Part shown: one piece after another, positions 52,094-61,205 of the stretch
Layout: each line of letters starts with the position of its first letter
Position numbering within the stretch: position 1 is the stretch's first letter
Assembly: GCA_964469505.1 (NCBI GenBank)
Contig: CAYXZO010000001.1
Span: forward strand, 37,402-101,401
Direction: 5' to 3'
Length of the DNA stretch: 64,000 nt
From: an uncultured Lentisphaeria bacterium
Lineage (GTDB): Bacteria; Fidelibacterota; UBA8477; JABMPR01
Notes under the pieces: generated by a model
What the model was told of the DNA's origin: nothing
The model's input: the letters and a program-made list of their open reading frames with translations, nothing else
Database searches by the model: none
Made by a program: the position numbers and the translations under genes

Positions 52094-52310
52094 TACGGAT
52101 TCAATCGGAACAGAGGTAGGAGGAAAGGCAGCTAGATTAAGCTTTTGATACGGACTTTAGACTTGGGACCTAGGACTTAAGATTATCTCTGTCGTCCGCC
52201 GTCGAGCGTGGTGTGACGTCTAATTATATTTCTCAAAAAAACAAAAAAAGAAACTTCCAGGGTTTGTTACTCTGTCGGGTGGAAACAGACGTTATTTATA
52301 ATCAAAGGGA

Positions 52311-52346
52311 CTAAAAACCGGAAGGCGTCCTGATGGGCGCCTTCGG
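52311..52346 (-). terminator. Rho-independent terminator for the upstream OM-barrel gene
   Basis: The minus strand reads ccgaaggcgcccatcaggacgccttccgg followed by TTTTT. This is a GC-rich 11-bp stem about 90 nt after the stop. Confidence 0.6.
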
Positions 52347-52434
52347 CGTTCACTCCCCTTAACCCAAGAAGGAGAACTAAATTAAATCGGATTGTGTATT
52401 AAAAGCTATTACTGGGATAAAATCTTGCCAAGGA

Positions 52435-53655
52435 CTAAAAAGCCACCCGCAGCTCCATAAAGATCTGATCATCATCGGCACTGGCACCGAAAGGTGAACC
52501 GGCTGGGCCGTCAAACAGAATAGCTCCCAACGTAAGGTGGGTGGCATCGGCGATTTCCCGGGTGACGAAGGGCAATAAAAACCAATCCCCATCGTTCTGA
52601 TTGTAAACGCCGATAATTTGTATTTCCGTAAAGCCCCCCAGTTTCCAGCGGGTCACCGTGGACCAGGAATAAGAATCGACCGGATAAGCAGTTAAGACAT
52701 GGGTCGCTCCCAGGGAATCCAGGCGCGCTTGCTCAGCATCCTGATCATACTGCAGATAATGCCGCACGATACCCTGTAAATTGAAAGAGAAGCGGTCGTT
52801 GGGTAACCAATCCCCGCCCAGAACGGCGTACAGATTACTGTTTTTCACCAGGGGGTCCGTGCCGTCCTGATCATCACTGATATTCAGCGCCGCTTCTCCT
52901 TTGAGATCCCAATGCTCTCCCGGCCACACGAAATCGGCTCCCAGCATTTTAATGGGACGATAAACGAATACCGGCTTCATAATATTAATTGGCGGTTGCA
53001 TATGATCAAATTCCGGGAATTTGCGCAAGCCCTGGTAGTAGCAGAAAGAATATCCGATGCGTCCCAGGTCCCGGGCAAAACGAAGTCCCCATTGGGAATG
53101 GGCAAAAGCCGAGTCGCTCACCTCCGGGGCATACGGAAATGGAATCTTATCCGGCACATTGACAGGGGAAAAAACCAGTTCCAGAGTTCCCAGGGAGGGG
53201 TAGAAATCCAATTTTATGGCCGGGATCGGGATGCGGTAGTCTTCCAGGTCCGAGGACATGTTTTGATAATCCCAGGGCACGAAGAGGTCGGTGGGGTTGA
53301 CCCAATCGGCGCGGCCCCAGAAGACGTACTGCTGCCCCACGCGGAGATCGAAAAAGTTGCCGTAGTAATCGATGTACCACTCGGCGGGATAGAAGGTAAG
53401 TCCGCTGCCGCGTTCCGCCAGGGCGCCCCGCTCCGCCAGCATACGGTAGCGCGCCACGAATTCAGCCCGGTAGGCAATCCTCTCGCCGATATTCCCATTG
53501 AAACGCCACTGCACCTGGCTATACAGCCGTTCCCAACGGTCGGTATGGTTGGGATTGGCCGCCGCGTAGCTTTTCAAAAAGCCCCCCACTTCCATTTGGC
53601 CGTAAAGGGCCAGCCGGCTCAGGGCCAGCCAGCCTATTACCAGTCGCTTAAGCAT
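52435..53655 (-). CDS. Outer-membrane beta-barrel-like protein (DUF1302-like). The preferred start is MLKRLVIGWLALSRLALYGQ (53655), abutting the upstream gene.
   Basis: Signal peptide. Tyr/Trp/Gly-rich strands. C-terminal …FMELRVAF aromatic terminus. Co-operonic with the LolA-like and MMPL genes. The DUF assignment is from memory. Confidence 0.6.
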   Translation of the reverse strand: MLKRLVIGWLALSRLALYGQMEVGGFLKSYAAANPNHTDRWERLYSQVQWRFNGNIGERIAYRAEFVARYRMLAERGALAERGSGLTFYPAEWYIDYYGNFFDLRVGQQYVFWGRADWVNPTDLFVPWDYQNMSSDLEDYRIPIPAIKLDFYPSLGTLELVFSPVNVPDKIPFPYAPEVSDSAFAHSQWGLRFARDLGRIGYSFCYYQGLRKFPEFDHMQPPINIMKPVFVYRPIKMLGADFVWPGEHWDLKGEAALNISDDQDGTDPLVKNSNLYAVLGGDWLPNDRFSFNLQGIVRHYLQYDQDAEQARLDSLGATHVLTAYPVDSYSWSTVTRWKLGGFTEIQIIGVYNQNDGDWFLLPFVTREIADATHLTLGAILFDGPAGSPFGASADDDQIFMELRVAF

Positions 53656-53656
53656 T

Positions 53657-54436
53657 TCAGCGCCCTCGTTGCAAATAGCGGGGAGTGAAGAACCTGTCCG
53701 GGATGGGTACATCCACTTTCAAGTTTTCGAAAAGCATGCGGCTCTGATGGTTGATTTGCACATCCCGCATCAGCATATCGGTGGCAAAGGGTGCTCCACG
53801 AATTTCCTGAAATTGCAGGACGGTTAGCACTTTCTTTAACTCCCCCGATTTGTCGTAATACTCGGTATAGAAAACGCTGGAATCGGCCTGGTTAACCCAG
53901 TTGATGTATTTGCTGTAACCGGTGTCCTCCAGTACCTGCCTGGTGCGAGGGCGAGCTTCGATGACCCAGGCCCGCCGACCGTCCCGGTTTTCTTCCCGCA
54001 ACAGATGGTAATTCCAATCCTCCAGTTTGGGAGCCCCCAGATCGTAATAAGTGAAATCACTGGACATGAAATTGCCGCCCCGACCGGAGGAGGCGATCTT
54101 CTTGATCCGTCGCAAAGCGGGCAGGTACAGAAAACGATCGTCGGGTCGGTCGGCATTCTCCAGGGTGAGAAAACCGGTACCCACCACATCCCGGGGATAT
54201 ACAAAGCGCATCAGCATCTTGCTCAGATCGGTGCGAGGGTCGGTTTTGGAAAAGAACTTGATTTTGCGAATCCGCTTTTCTCCGGTACTGGAGATAAGCA
54301 CCAGTTGCATATCGGCTTGCATGCTGGTAATTGTGTTGCGCTGTAGGATGCTCTTCATGATCTCGTAACCCTTGTCGGCGGCGGGTAGGTGCACCACCAG
54401 CACCATAAGCAAGAGCGAAACAATTCTTTTCATCAT
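53657..54436 (-). CDS. LolA-like 'outer membrane lipoprotein-sorting protein' family periplasmic protein
   Basis: 259 aa with signal peptide MMKRIVSLLLMVLVVHLPAADKG…. Its size and composition match LolA-like proteins commonly encoded next to MMPL/RND transporters. Confidence 0.6.
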   Translation of the reverse strand: MMKRIVSLLLMVLVVHLPAADKGYEIMKSILQRNTITSMQADMQLVLISSTGEKRIRKIKFFSKTDPRTDLSKMLMRFVYPRDVVGTGFLTLENADRPDDRFLYLPALRRIKKIASSGRGGNFMSSDFTYYDLGAPKLEDWNYHLLREENRDGRRAWVIEARPRTRQVLEDTGYSKYINWVNQADSSVFYTEYYDKSGELKKVLTVLQFQEIRGAPFATDMLMRDVQINHQSRMLFENLKVDVPIPDRFFTPRYLQRGR

Positions 54437-56805
54437 TACACCTCTTTTATTTGCAAACTCTTGGGTTTCAGGAGGATGAAGACACCGGGCACGATGGTCA
54501 GAGCTCCAAAAGCCGCCGTGAGCATGGTGAGGGTAATCATGGCTCCCATTTCCCGAATGGGTACGAAGGCCGAAGTGGCAATCACCGCGAAACCCGCCGC
54601 CACCACGATGGAGTTGTACAGGATAGCCAGCCCCGACTCACGCATGGTAGCCCCGACCGCGGATTCGTAAGTATGCCCCTCCTTCAGCTTCATCCGGTAG
54701 CGATGGATGAAATGAATGGCATAGTCCACTCCCACCCCGATGGCAATACTGGAAGTAGTCAGAGTCTCTAGGTTGATCTTTATGCCGGTGAAGCCCATTA
54801 CGGCAAAGTTCAAAACTAGGGCGAAAAAGAGGGGTAGAGTGTTGAAAAAACCCACCACGGGTGAGCGGAACATGAAAGTGGTCAGCAGCCAGACCAGAAA
54901 CAGAGAGGTAATGATGCTGTAGAACTGCCCTTTAACGATCATGTCATCCACTACCGTGACCAGCTTGGCCAGCCCGGTGACAGCGGCTTGTACGGAGTCG
55001 TTATTCACATGCTGCTCCAGGTAACGGGAGAGAACATGATCCACCCGCCGCAGGGCTGCCACGTCGTCTGTGTTGAGCATGATGTTCATCTTGCCGTACT
55101 GGTATTTGTAATCCACCAGATTTTCCATGCTGCCGGGTTTGCCGGACATTTCCAGCAGTTGAAGATATTGGGCCACCAATTCACGGCCCGAGACCCGATA
55201 GGTTTTTTCCACTTCCTTCCAAGTGCCATTCTCTTCCACCCATTCGGTTCCGGTTACATTGGTACTCTCAGGCGGAATGCGGTAAAAGGCGGGATCATCG
55301 GCATGGAGCACCTTATTAATGCGCTTGATAAAGTCAGCCAGTGATTGGACGCTGCCCACGTGCGGCTGCCGCAGCGCCAGGTCTTTCAAGGAATCCAGTC
55401 TGGCAAGAAGCAAAGGATCTTTCATAACATCCTCGCGCCGCCCTTCCACCATAACGGCGAAACCAGTGGTGCCGGCGAAGTGCTCATTGACCCATTCCGC
55501 TGCTTCCCGCACCGGGTGGCCTTCAGGAAAACCTTTGATTGAAGAAAAACCATAATCCAACCGGGTGAATCCCCAAACTGCAATGAGGAGGGTGAGTATT
55601 ATAAAAGGCAACATCAGCTGTTTCTCTTTCACCAAGAAATTACCCCAACGCTCCATTAAATCAGCTCCGTTGCGGCGTGCCTTATATTTGCGGAAACGAA
55701 GGGGTACTGGGAGAAGTACTAAAAAAGCGGGGAACCAAGTCAACGTCAATACGAGGGCGAAAAGCACTCCCAGGGCAGTGAATATTCCCAGTGTGGCAAC
55801 CGAGGTAGCTCCCACCGTGCCTAAGGCGATAAAGCCAGCCATGGTGGTTAAAGAGGTCATAATTACTGGTGCACTCATCTCTTGCATGGTTATCTCGGTT
55901 AGCTCGGCTGAAGTGGCTCCCGGCTTTTCTCCTGCATGGTGGTAAAAATGGGAAAGTATGTGAATACTATCCGCCACGGCGATGGCCATGATGAGTATGG
56001 GCAGAATTTCCAGGGCGTGCCCCATGGGAATCTTAAGCAGCGCCAGGAGTCCCATGGTCCAGATCACAGAGAATATGACTACTGATAGCGGCAAGAAAAT
56101 CCCCCGGAAATTGCGGAATATTACGAGAAGCAGCAGGAAAATAATCCCGATGCCGGCCATGAAAAAAATACCCATGTCCCGCTGCATACCCTGGCTCACG
56201 TAATAACTAACCACCGGTTTACCGGTAATGATCACCTTCAGCTTAGTAGTATTGCGAAACTTGTCGATATCCTTGATGAGCTGGGCCACAAATTTAGGGA
56301 CATCGGCTGTGCTTTTCAGGAAAAGCATAATACCAAATGCCTGCTGATCTTTGCTGACCAGATTGCCCAGCGCCAGATCGCTATGAAACAGGTCATAACG
56401 AAAATGTTCGATATCAACGGCGGCCTTAGGCGGCTCTGAAAGGATATCATAAACCTCCATACCTTCGGGAGTTCCTTTGATCACAGAAACATTGGTGGGA
56501 GAAATAACCGAATGAACCGCCGGGTAGGTTTCCAGTTTTTTGGTAAGTTGCCACACGGTTTGGAGATTCTCGGGTGCGAAAATATCATCTCCAGACAAGC
56601 CCACGAAAATGAACTCCTGGGAAGGAAATATTTCCCCCATTTTATCATAGAGACGCTTAGCGGGGATATGTTGGGGCAGCGCCGCAGTGACATCCGGATT
56701 CATTTTTAGATTCCTGATGGCATACCCCAGCCCCAAGGTGATAACAAGATTTATTACAATTAAGGTTTTCGGGAAACGTAACACCAGGCGTATCCAGTGG
56801 TTCAT
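54436..56805 (-). CDS. MMPL/RND-superfamily transporter (HpnN-like, 12 TM with two periplasmic loops)
   Basis: 789 aa beginning MNHWIRLVLRFPKTLIVINLVITLGLGYAI…, with two hydrophobic 6-TM bundles (…AVADSIHILSHFYH… conserved TM4-like region). Confidence 0.85.
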   Translation of the reverse strand: MNHWIRLVLRFPKTLIVINLVITLGLGYAIRNLKMNPDVTAALPQHIPAKRLYDKMGEIFPSQEFIFVGLSGDDIFAPENLQTVWQLTKKLETYPAVHSVISPTNVSVIKGTPEGMEVYDILSEPPKAAVDIEHFRYDLFHSDLALGNLVSKDQQAFGIMLFLKSTADVPKFVAQLIKDIDKFRNTTKLKVIITGKPVVSYYVSQGMQRDMGIFFMAGIGIIFLLLLVIFRNFRGIFLPLSVVIFSVIWTMGLLALLKIPMGHALEILPILIMAIAVADSIHILSHFYHHAGEKPGATSAELTEITMQEMSAPVIMTSLTTMAGFIALGTVGATSVATLGIFTALGVLFALVLTLTWFPAFLVLLPVPLRFRKYKARRNGADLMERWGNFLVKEKQLMLPFIILTLLIAVWGFTRLDYGFSSIKGFPEGHPVREAAEWVNEHFAGTTGFAVMVEGRREDVMKDPLLLARLDSLKDLALRQPHVGSVQSLADFIKRINKVLHADDPAFYRIPPESTNVTGTEWVEENGTWKEVEKTYRVSGRELVAQYLQLLEMSGKPGSMENLVDYKYQYGKMNIMLNTDDVAALRRVDHVLSRYLEQHVNNDSVQAAVTGLAKLVTVVDDMIVKGQFYSIITSLFLVWLLTTFMFRSPVVGFFNTLPLFFALVLNFAVMGFTGIKINLETLTTSSIAIGVGVDYAIHFIHRYRMKLKEGHTYESAVGATMRESGLAILYNSIVVAAGFAVIATSAFVPIREMGAMITLTMLTAAFGALTIVPGVFILLKPKSLQIKEV

Positions 56806-57620
56806 GTTTTCTCCTTGAAGAACGCGTTGAAGATTGTCTCCAGGTGGTCAATCTCCTTGTCCAGATACGTTCGCGAATAGCCACGTAGCAGTTTGGAGCT
56901 CAACCCCAGCAAGAAAGTCCAGATAATCTGAATCATGAGATTGGCATCCTCGGGAGCCATTCGGGGCAGACGAGCGGCGAAAAGACGATTCAGCTCCTGG
57001 TGGTGCAATTCCCGTAGTTCAGCAATTTCCCGGCAATTAAGCAGTTCCTCCGGAGCATGGGTACCCAAAGGCATGAATAGGCGCAAGAAATGAGGGTTTT
57101 GCTCCATGAAGTCCAGGTAGGAATGCATCATGGTGGAGAACAACCGTTCCCGGGGGGTCTGCCATAGAGTTTCCAGCAACCGGCGGTAGTACCGATCTAC
57201 CATCTCACCATGCATAGCGGTGTATATGGCTTCCTTACTGGGGAAGTAATAATAGAGGGTAGCTTTCCCCAGCCTGGCTGCAGCCGCGATTTCCGCCATG
57301 GTGGTATTGCGGTAACCATTTTGGGCAAAGAGACGAAAAGCGGTTTCCAGGATCAGTTGGCGTCGCTGTTCTTTTTCTTGTGCTCGTCTTTCGTGGTGAG
57401 GATTTCGACCGCTTGTTTTATTTTCGACCACTCGGTCGAATAAACATAATTCATCCCGAAACAGCAAGAATTTTTTTCGAAAATCCAGGGCATAATGAGG
57501 GCGTTTTCGAGACGCGTAATCATTCGTCTTTACGTGATTCCGTTCTCCACCTAGCCGCGGCGGAAAGCAACCACCGGCAAACCGTAGGGCGAAATTCATT
57601 TCGCTGTAAAAGTCCTCCAC
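56802..57620 (-). CDS. TetR/AcrR-family transcriptional regulator. The N-terminus is uncertain: the listed start is GTG, and the HTH begins about 85 aa in.
   Basis: HTH …ILETAFRLFAQNGYRNTTMAEIAAAARLGKATLYYYFPSKEAIY… The stop overlaps the MMPL start by 4 nt. Confidence 0.82.
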   Translation of the reverse strand: MEDFYSEMNFALRFAGGCFPPRLGGERNHVKTNDYASRKRPHYALDFRKKFLLFRDELCLFDRVVENKTSGRNPHHERRAQEKEQRRQLILETAFRLFAQNGYRNTTMAEIAAAARLGKATLYYYFPSKEAIYTAMHGEMVDRYYRRLLETLWQTPRERLFSTMMHSYLDFMEQNPHFLRLFMPLGTHAPEELLNCREIAELRELHHQELNRLFAARLPRMAPEDANLMIQIIWTFLLGLSSKLLRGYSRTYLDKEIDHLETIFNAFFKEKT

Positions 57621-57627
57621 AAAGTAG

Positions 57628-57666
57628 TGTTAAACGGTGTTTAAACGACGTTTAATGGTCGTTGAA
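57628..57666. promoter_or_regulatory. Near-palindromic AT-rich motif (gtgttaaacggtgtttaaacgacgtttaatggtcgtt) directly upstream of the tetR ORF. Candidate TetR operator.
   Basis: Contains GTTTAAAC and an AACGAC…GTCGTT inverted repeat. Positional inference only. Confidence 0.25.
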
Positions 57667-57750
57667 TGCCTGATTTACTGAATAACCGGTGCCCGTGGCG
57701 GGGTGCCTACCCCGGCGATGTTCCTCAATACGCGGGTGGGCAGTCCGATG

Positions 57751-57905
57751 TGTCATTGCGAGTGAGTCCCGATCCCGCCCTGGCGGGAGGATGAACGAAG
57801 CAATCCGTCAGATATTTCCATTACACTCTTCCTGCCGCCGGTCCTTTCCGACGAACCGGTACGGATTGCTTCGTCTCCCGATAAATCGGGATCCTCGCAA
57901 TGACA
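57751..57905. repeat. Approximately 155-bp nested inverted-repeat element: outer arms tgtcattgcgag…gatcccg / cgggatcctcgcaatgaca, and inner 13-bp perfect IR cgaagcaatccgt / acggattgcttcg. MITE-like or structured RNA.
   Basis: Arms at 57751-57777 vs 57886-57905 and 57796-57808 vs 57861-57873, read from the sequence. There is also a cccgcc..ggcggg mini-palindrome at 57774-57787. Confidence 0.4.
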
Positions 57906-58223
57906 GGCCGGGAGCCTGGACGGAGTTTGCGGAGGGGTATGGGTTTATTTCGGGTTGTTATTGCCCTCTGCCCTCCGGCGGAGACGGGGCTCGGTTCTTG
58001 GGGCATCATACTGAAGTATGGTGTTGTTTACATTACGGTTCTTTTCCGGGCACAGCCTTACCAACCCTCCCCCAGGCTTACAATCCTGCCCTCCAACCAT
58101 TAATATCTCAATAACCCTCGGATACATAGCTACTTAGCTACATAGATACCCCCACACCCCCTTGCTCCCTCCTCCCTCATCCTTTCCATTGCCTTTTTCG
58201 TGGATTACCGGTAGGCTTAAGGG

Positions 58224-60047
58224 ATGAGCAAAAAATTGTACGTGCTTTTGCTTACGGCATTGCTGGTGACGACTTGCCGGCCAACTGAGCCGCCTTTACG
58301 CTCATGGCGGGATGAGATCGTTTACTTCATCCTGGTGGATCGGTTCCGGAACGGTGATCCCTCCAATGACACTGGAGGTATCCCCGGCAGTCATATTCCA
58401 TACACCGGAGATAATCCTGAAGCTCTGAAAACCTACCAGGGCGGCGATCTGTTGGGCATTATGCAAGAACTGGACAATCTCAAAAGCCTCGGAGTAACGG
58501 CTCTCTGGCTTTCTCCCATCTGGGACAACTCCAACCGTGACTATGTGGGCTGGTGGCCCTATCACGGTTATCAACCGGTGAATTTCTATCAGGTGGAGGA
58601 GCATTTCGGCGATAAAGCCCTGCTTAAAAAATTAGTTCGAAATATCCATGACAAAGGTTTCAAGCTGCTGTGCGACCTAGCCTTGAATCAGACCGCTGCT
58701 GATCATCCCTGGGTGACAGACCAGACGCATCGGGATTGGTTCCACCACGATTCCACCGGCCGGCCCTTTGACATCACGGATTGGAACGACCAGCGCCAAC
58801 TGGAGATGGGCGAACTGCACGGCCTACCCGACCTGGCTCAGGAAAATCCCCAGGTGACCGATACGCTTCTGGCCATCGCCTATCATTGGGCGAAGCTCAT
58901 GGAATGCGATGGTTTCCGCCTGGACGCCGTCAAGCATATTCCCCGCTCGTTCTGGAAACGCTTCAATGCCGAGATACGACAAGCCTTTGGATCTGATTTT
59001 CTGTTACTGGGGGAAGTATTCTGGGGTGAAGCCGAACGCCTGGCACCCTACGCCACAATCGGTTTCAACGCGCTGTTCGATATTCCCGGCTATTACGCCA
59101 TTCACCGGGTTTTTGGACAGGGAGCCTCGGCCAAGCTCCTCTCCCAGGCCCTGCGCCAGAAACACCGTTACTACGGCAACTTGTTGGTGGCCCGCTTGAT
59201 CGACAATCACGACCTGCCCCGCTTCAATACGGGACTGCGTGACCATCCCTGGGAACGGGAACGGCTGGCTTTGGGGTACATTTTAACTCTGCCGGGTCTG
59301 CCGGTGCTCTACTACGGCACTGAAATCGGGATGCCCGGCGCGCCGGTGCTTAATTCCCAAACGGGTGAACCCCAGGATTACCTGAACCGCCTGCCCTACC
59401 CCACTCACTTTTCGTCGGAGCAGCAACGTCGCTGGCAGGACACCCGGCAGCTCATCGAACTGCGCAAAGTACATCCCGCCTTGCGGCGAGGGCGGTTCCT
59501 GGAATTGTACCGGGATTGGGGAGTTTATGCCTACCTGCGGCTCACATCGCGAGAGCATCTGGCGGTATTCATAAACACCGCCGTCACGCCTGAAACAATC
59601 AGAGTGGCCCTGGGTGATTCGTTGAGCATCAGTGGTTTAAATTCTCCGGTTTACGGTTCGGGTCTAGTCAAGTTGCATGATTCAGCCCTGGTGGCCCAAC
59701 TCCCGCCGTTGAGCCTGACGGTGGTTCCCTTCCAGGGGCGCTGCCGGCGCCAGTCCCCCTGGGTGACATTCACCGACCGTTTCACTGGCGATTACCGCCT
59801 GGTGGAACTCTCCTACCCCGCTTCTATCAGCGATACCCTTGCTGTAGCCGGGGACTTCAATAACTGGCAGCCGCAGCCCTATAAGCAGCGCCATCAGGAT
59901 GGCCGAGTCGTAACAACCTTGCCTCTACGGCTTGGCCGTTACCGCTACAAATTCGTGGTCAACGGCAAATGGGTAGCCGATCCCGCTGCGACGGAACGCG
60001 AACGGGATCCTTACGGCGGTTGGAATAGTATTTTGAACGTGCAGTAA
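58224..60047 (+). CDS. GH13 alpha-amylase-family lipoprotein with a C-terminal starch/glycogen-binding (CBM48/E-set-like) domain
   Basis: 607 aa with signal peptide MSKKLYVLLLTALLVTTC. GH13 motifs …DLALNQTAADH…, …GFRLDAVKHI…, …LLGEVFWG…, …LIDNHDLPRF…. C-terminal …AGDFNNWQPQPY…YRYKFVVNGKWVADP…. Confidence 0.9.
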   Translation: MSKKLYVLLLTALLVTTCRPTEPPLRSWRDEIVYFILVDRFRNGDPSNDTGGIPGSHIPYTGDNPEALKTYQGGDLLGIMQELDNLKSLGVTALWLSPIWDNSNRDYVGWWPYHGYQPVNFYQVEEHFGDKALLKKLVRNIHDKGFKLLCDLALNQTAADHPWVTDQTHRDWFHHDSTGRPFDITDWNDQRQLEMGELHGLPDLAQENPQVTDTLLAIAYHWAKLMECDGFRLDAVKHIPRSFWKRFNAEIRQAFGSDFLLLGEVFWGEAERLAPYATIGFNALFDIPGYYAIHRVFGQGASAKLLSQALRQKHRYYGNLLVARLIDNHDLPRFNTGLRDHPWERERLALGYILTLPGLPVLYYGTEIGMPGAPVLNSQTGEPQDYLNRLPYPTHFSSEQQRRWQDTRQLIELRKVHPALRRGRFLELYRDWGVYAYLRLTSREHLAVFINTAVTPETIRVALGDSLSISGLNSPVYGSGLVKLHDSALVAQLPPLSLTVVPFQGRCRRQSPWVTFTDRFTGDYRLVELSYPASISDTLAVAGDFNNWQPQPYKQRHQDGRVVTTLPLRLGRYRYKFVVNGKWVADPAATERERDPYGGWNSILNVQ

Positions 60048-60060
60048 AGGAGCGAGCCAA

Positions 60061-60633
60061 ATGCCTCAAACAGTCGCAGTCAATTCTTTCGTGACGCGTC
60101 AGGTGCCCGGTAGCGGCAAGAGCTACGTTCGTGAAATAACCTTTGCCGACCTGGCTTGTCACGCTGAAGAGTTGTTGAATAATCACCCCGAGCGGGTCGT
60201 GCCGGGATATCGTGACGGGGTGGTACGGGTCAAAGTGGCCCCGGAATGGGTTAAATATTTCGTTTGTCCAATCATCAAGCTGGAGGAAAACACACCTCTT
60301 ATAGCGGAAGTGGCCCGGCGTCGGGAAAATGAAGAGCCTTACATACGCATCAAAGCTCTGGCCGGGGAGCCATTGCCCACCGGCTCGGCGGAGCTGATTC
60401 TGTACCGCCACGACGTGCTGGCGGAAACCGACGAAGCCGAAACCGACGCCGACTGGGAATTGATCGCCTTTCACGCCATACCTGAAGGTCTGGAAGAATT
60501 GCCCATGCATCCGGTGACCATGATGCGGAATCAGTTGGCGCTGCCTGGGGGTACCAAAGGATATTATTCCTCGGAGGAATGGGCTGAAGCGGTGCGTTTC
60601 TGGCAAATGCATGCCATGCTGGAGAAGCCTTGA
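60061..60633 (+). CDS. Conserved hypothetical protein (190 aa), probably co-transcribed with the amylase gene (14-nt gap)
   Basis: Clean ORF with acidic composition. No family was confidently recognised. Confidence 0.55.
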   Translation: MPQTVAVNSFVTRQVPGSGKSYVREITFADLACHAEELLNNHPERVVPGYRDGVVRVKVAPEWVKYFVCPIIKLEENTPLIAEVARRRENEEPYIRIKALAGEPLPTGSAELILYRHDVLAETDEAETDADWELIAFHAIPEGLEELPMHPVTMMRNQLALPGGTKGYYSSEEWAEAVRFWQMHAMLEKP

Positions 60634-60921
60634 TTAAACAAAAACGGCTGTATACGCGATCGATAATCAGTTTATTGTTTTCTTATTCAAGAAAATTTCA
60701 CTGAAGTCGGGGGTTAACAAGGTTGCCCGTTCTAGGGGGGTCATTATGGAGTCGAGGAATTAAGGAGGGAGTTCCGCCCGTGGTGATCGCCGGTTTTTTC
60801 CCAGCCCGTTTTTCGCCCGAGCGCGGAACCCGATATATGGCTGAAGCCGACCGGCGGGGAGTGCGAGGGTTCGATGAAACAATAGGGGCTAAAGCTCCAT
60901 CATCGTTAGGCTTCCTTAGTC

Positions 60922-61002
60922 CACGGGCTGAAGCCCGTGACTAATCAAGATACTCACTAAATCATTCAATATTAATGACTTGCCCCGAGCTTCAGCTCGG
61001 GG
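60922..61002. repeat. Pair of mirror-oriented GC hairpins (cacgggcTGAAgcccgtg and ccccgagcTTCAgctcgggg) separated by about 43 bp of AT-rich DNA
   Basis: Read from the sequence. The loops are reverse complements of each other. This could be REP/BIME-like, a terminator pair, or the ends of a tiny element. Confidence 0.3.
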
Positions 61003-61205
61003 GTTGGGGTATTTCCCAAAAACTTTGGGAACCGGCTACTTATAAAACAACTTGAAACTATCATTGACTGATCCAAAGGTTTGGTTTGCAGAATCAAGCC
61101 TGACAGAAATAAATTCCGGCGAGAAAGTAGTATAACATGCAAATAGATTCCCTTCGAGTAGGATGGCTTCCACGGAATGTTTGTGTAACACTAAAGGGGT
61201 TTTAG

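Noticed and set aside
60640-61205. tmRNA, RNase P RNA or SRP RNA in the long gap
   Set aside because: I searched by eye for the conserved cores (tmRNA tag-reading frame and 3' T-arm, P4 GGAAAGTCCGG, SRP domain IV AGGUCAGG…GGAAGCAGCC). None was present.
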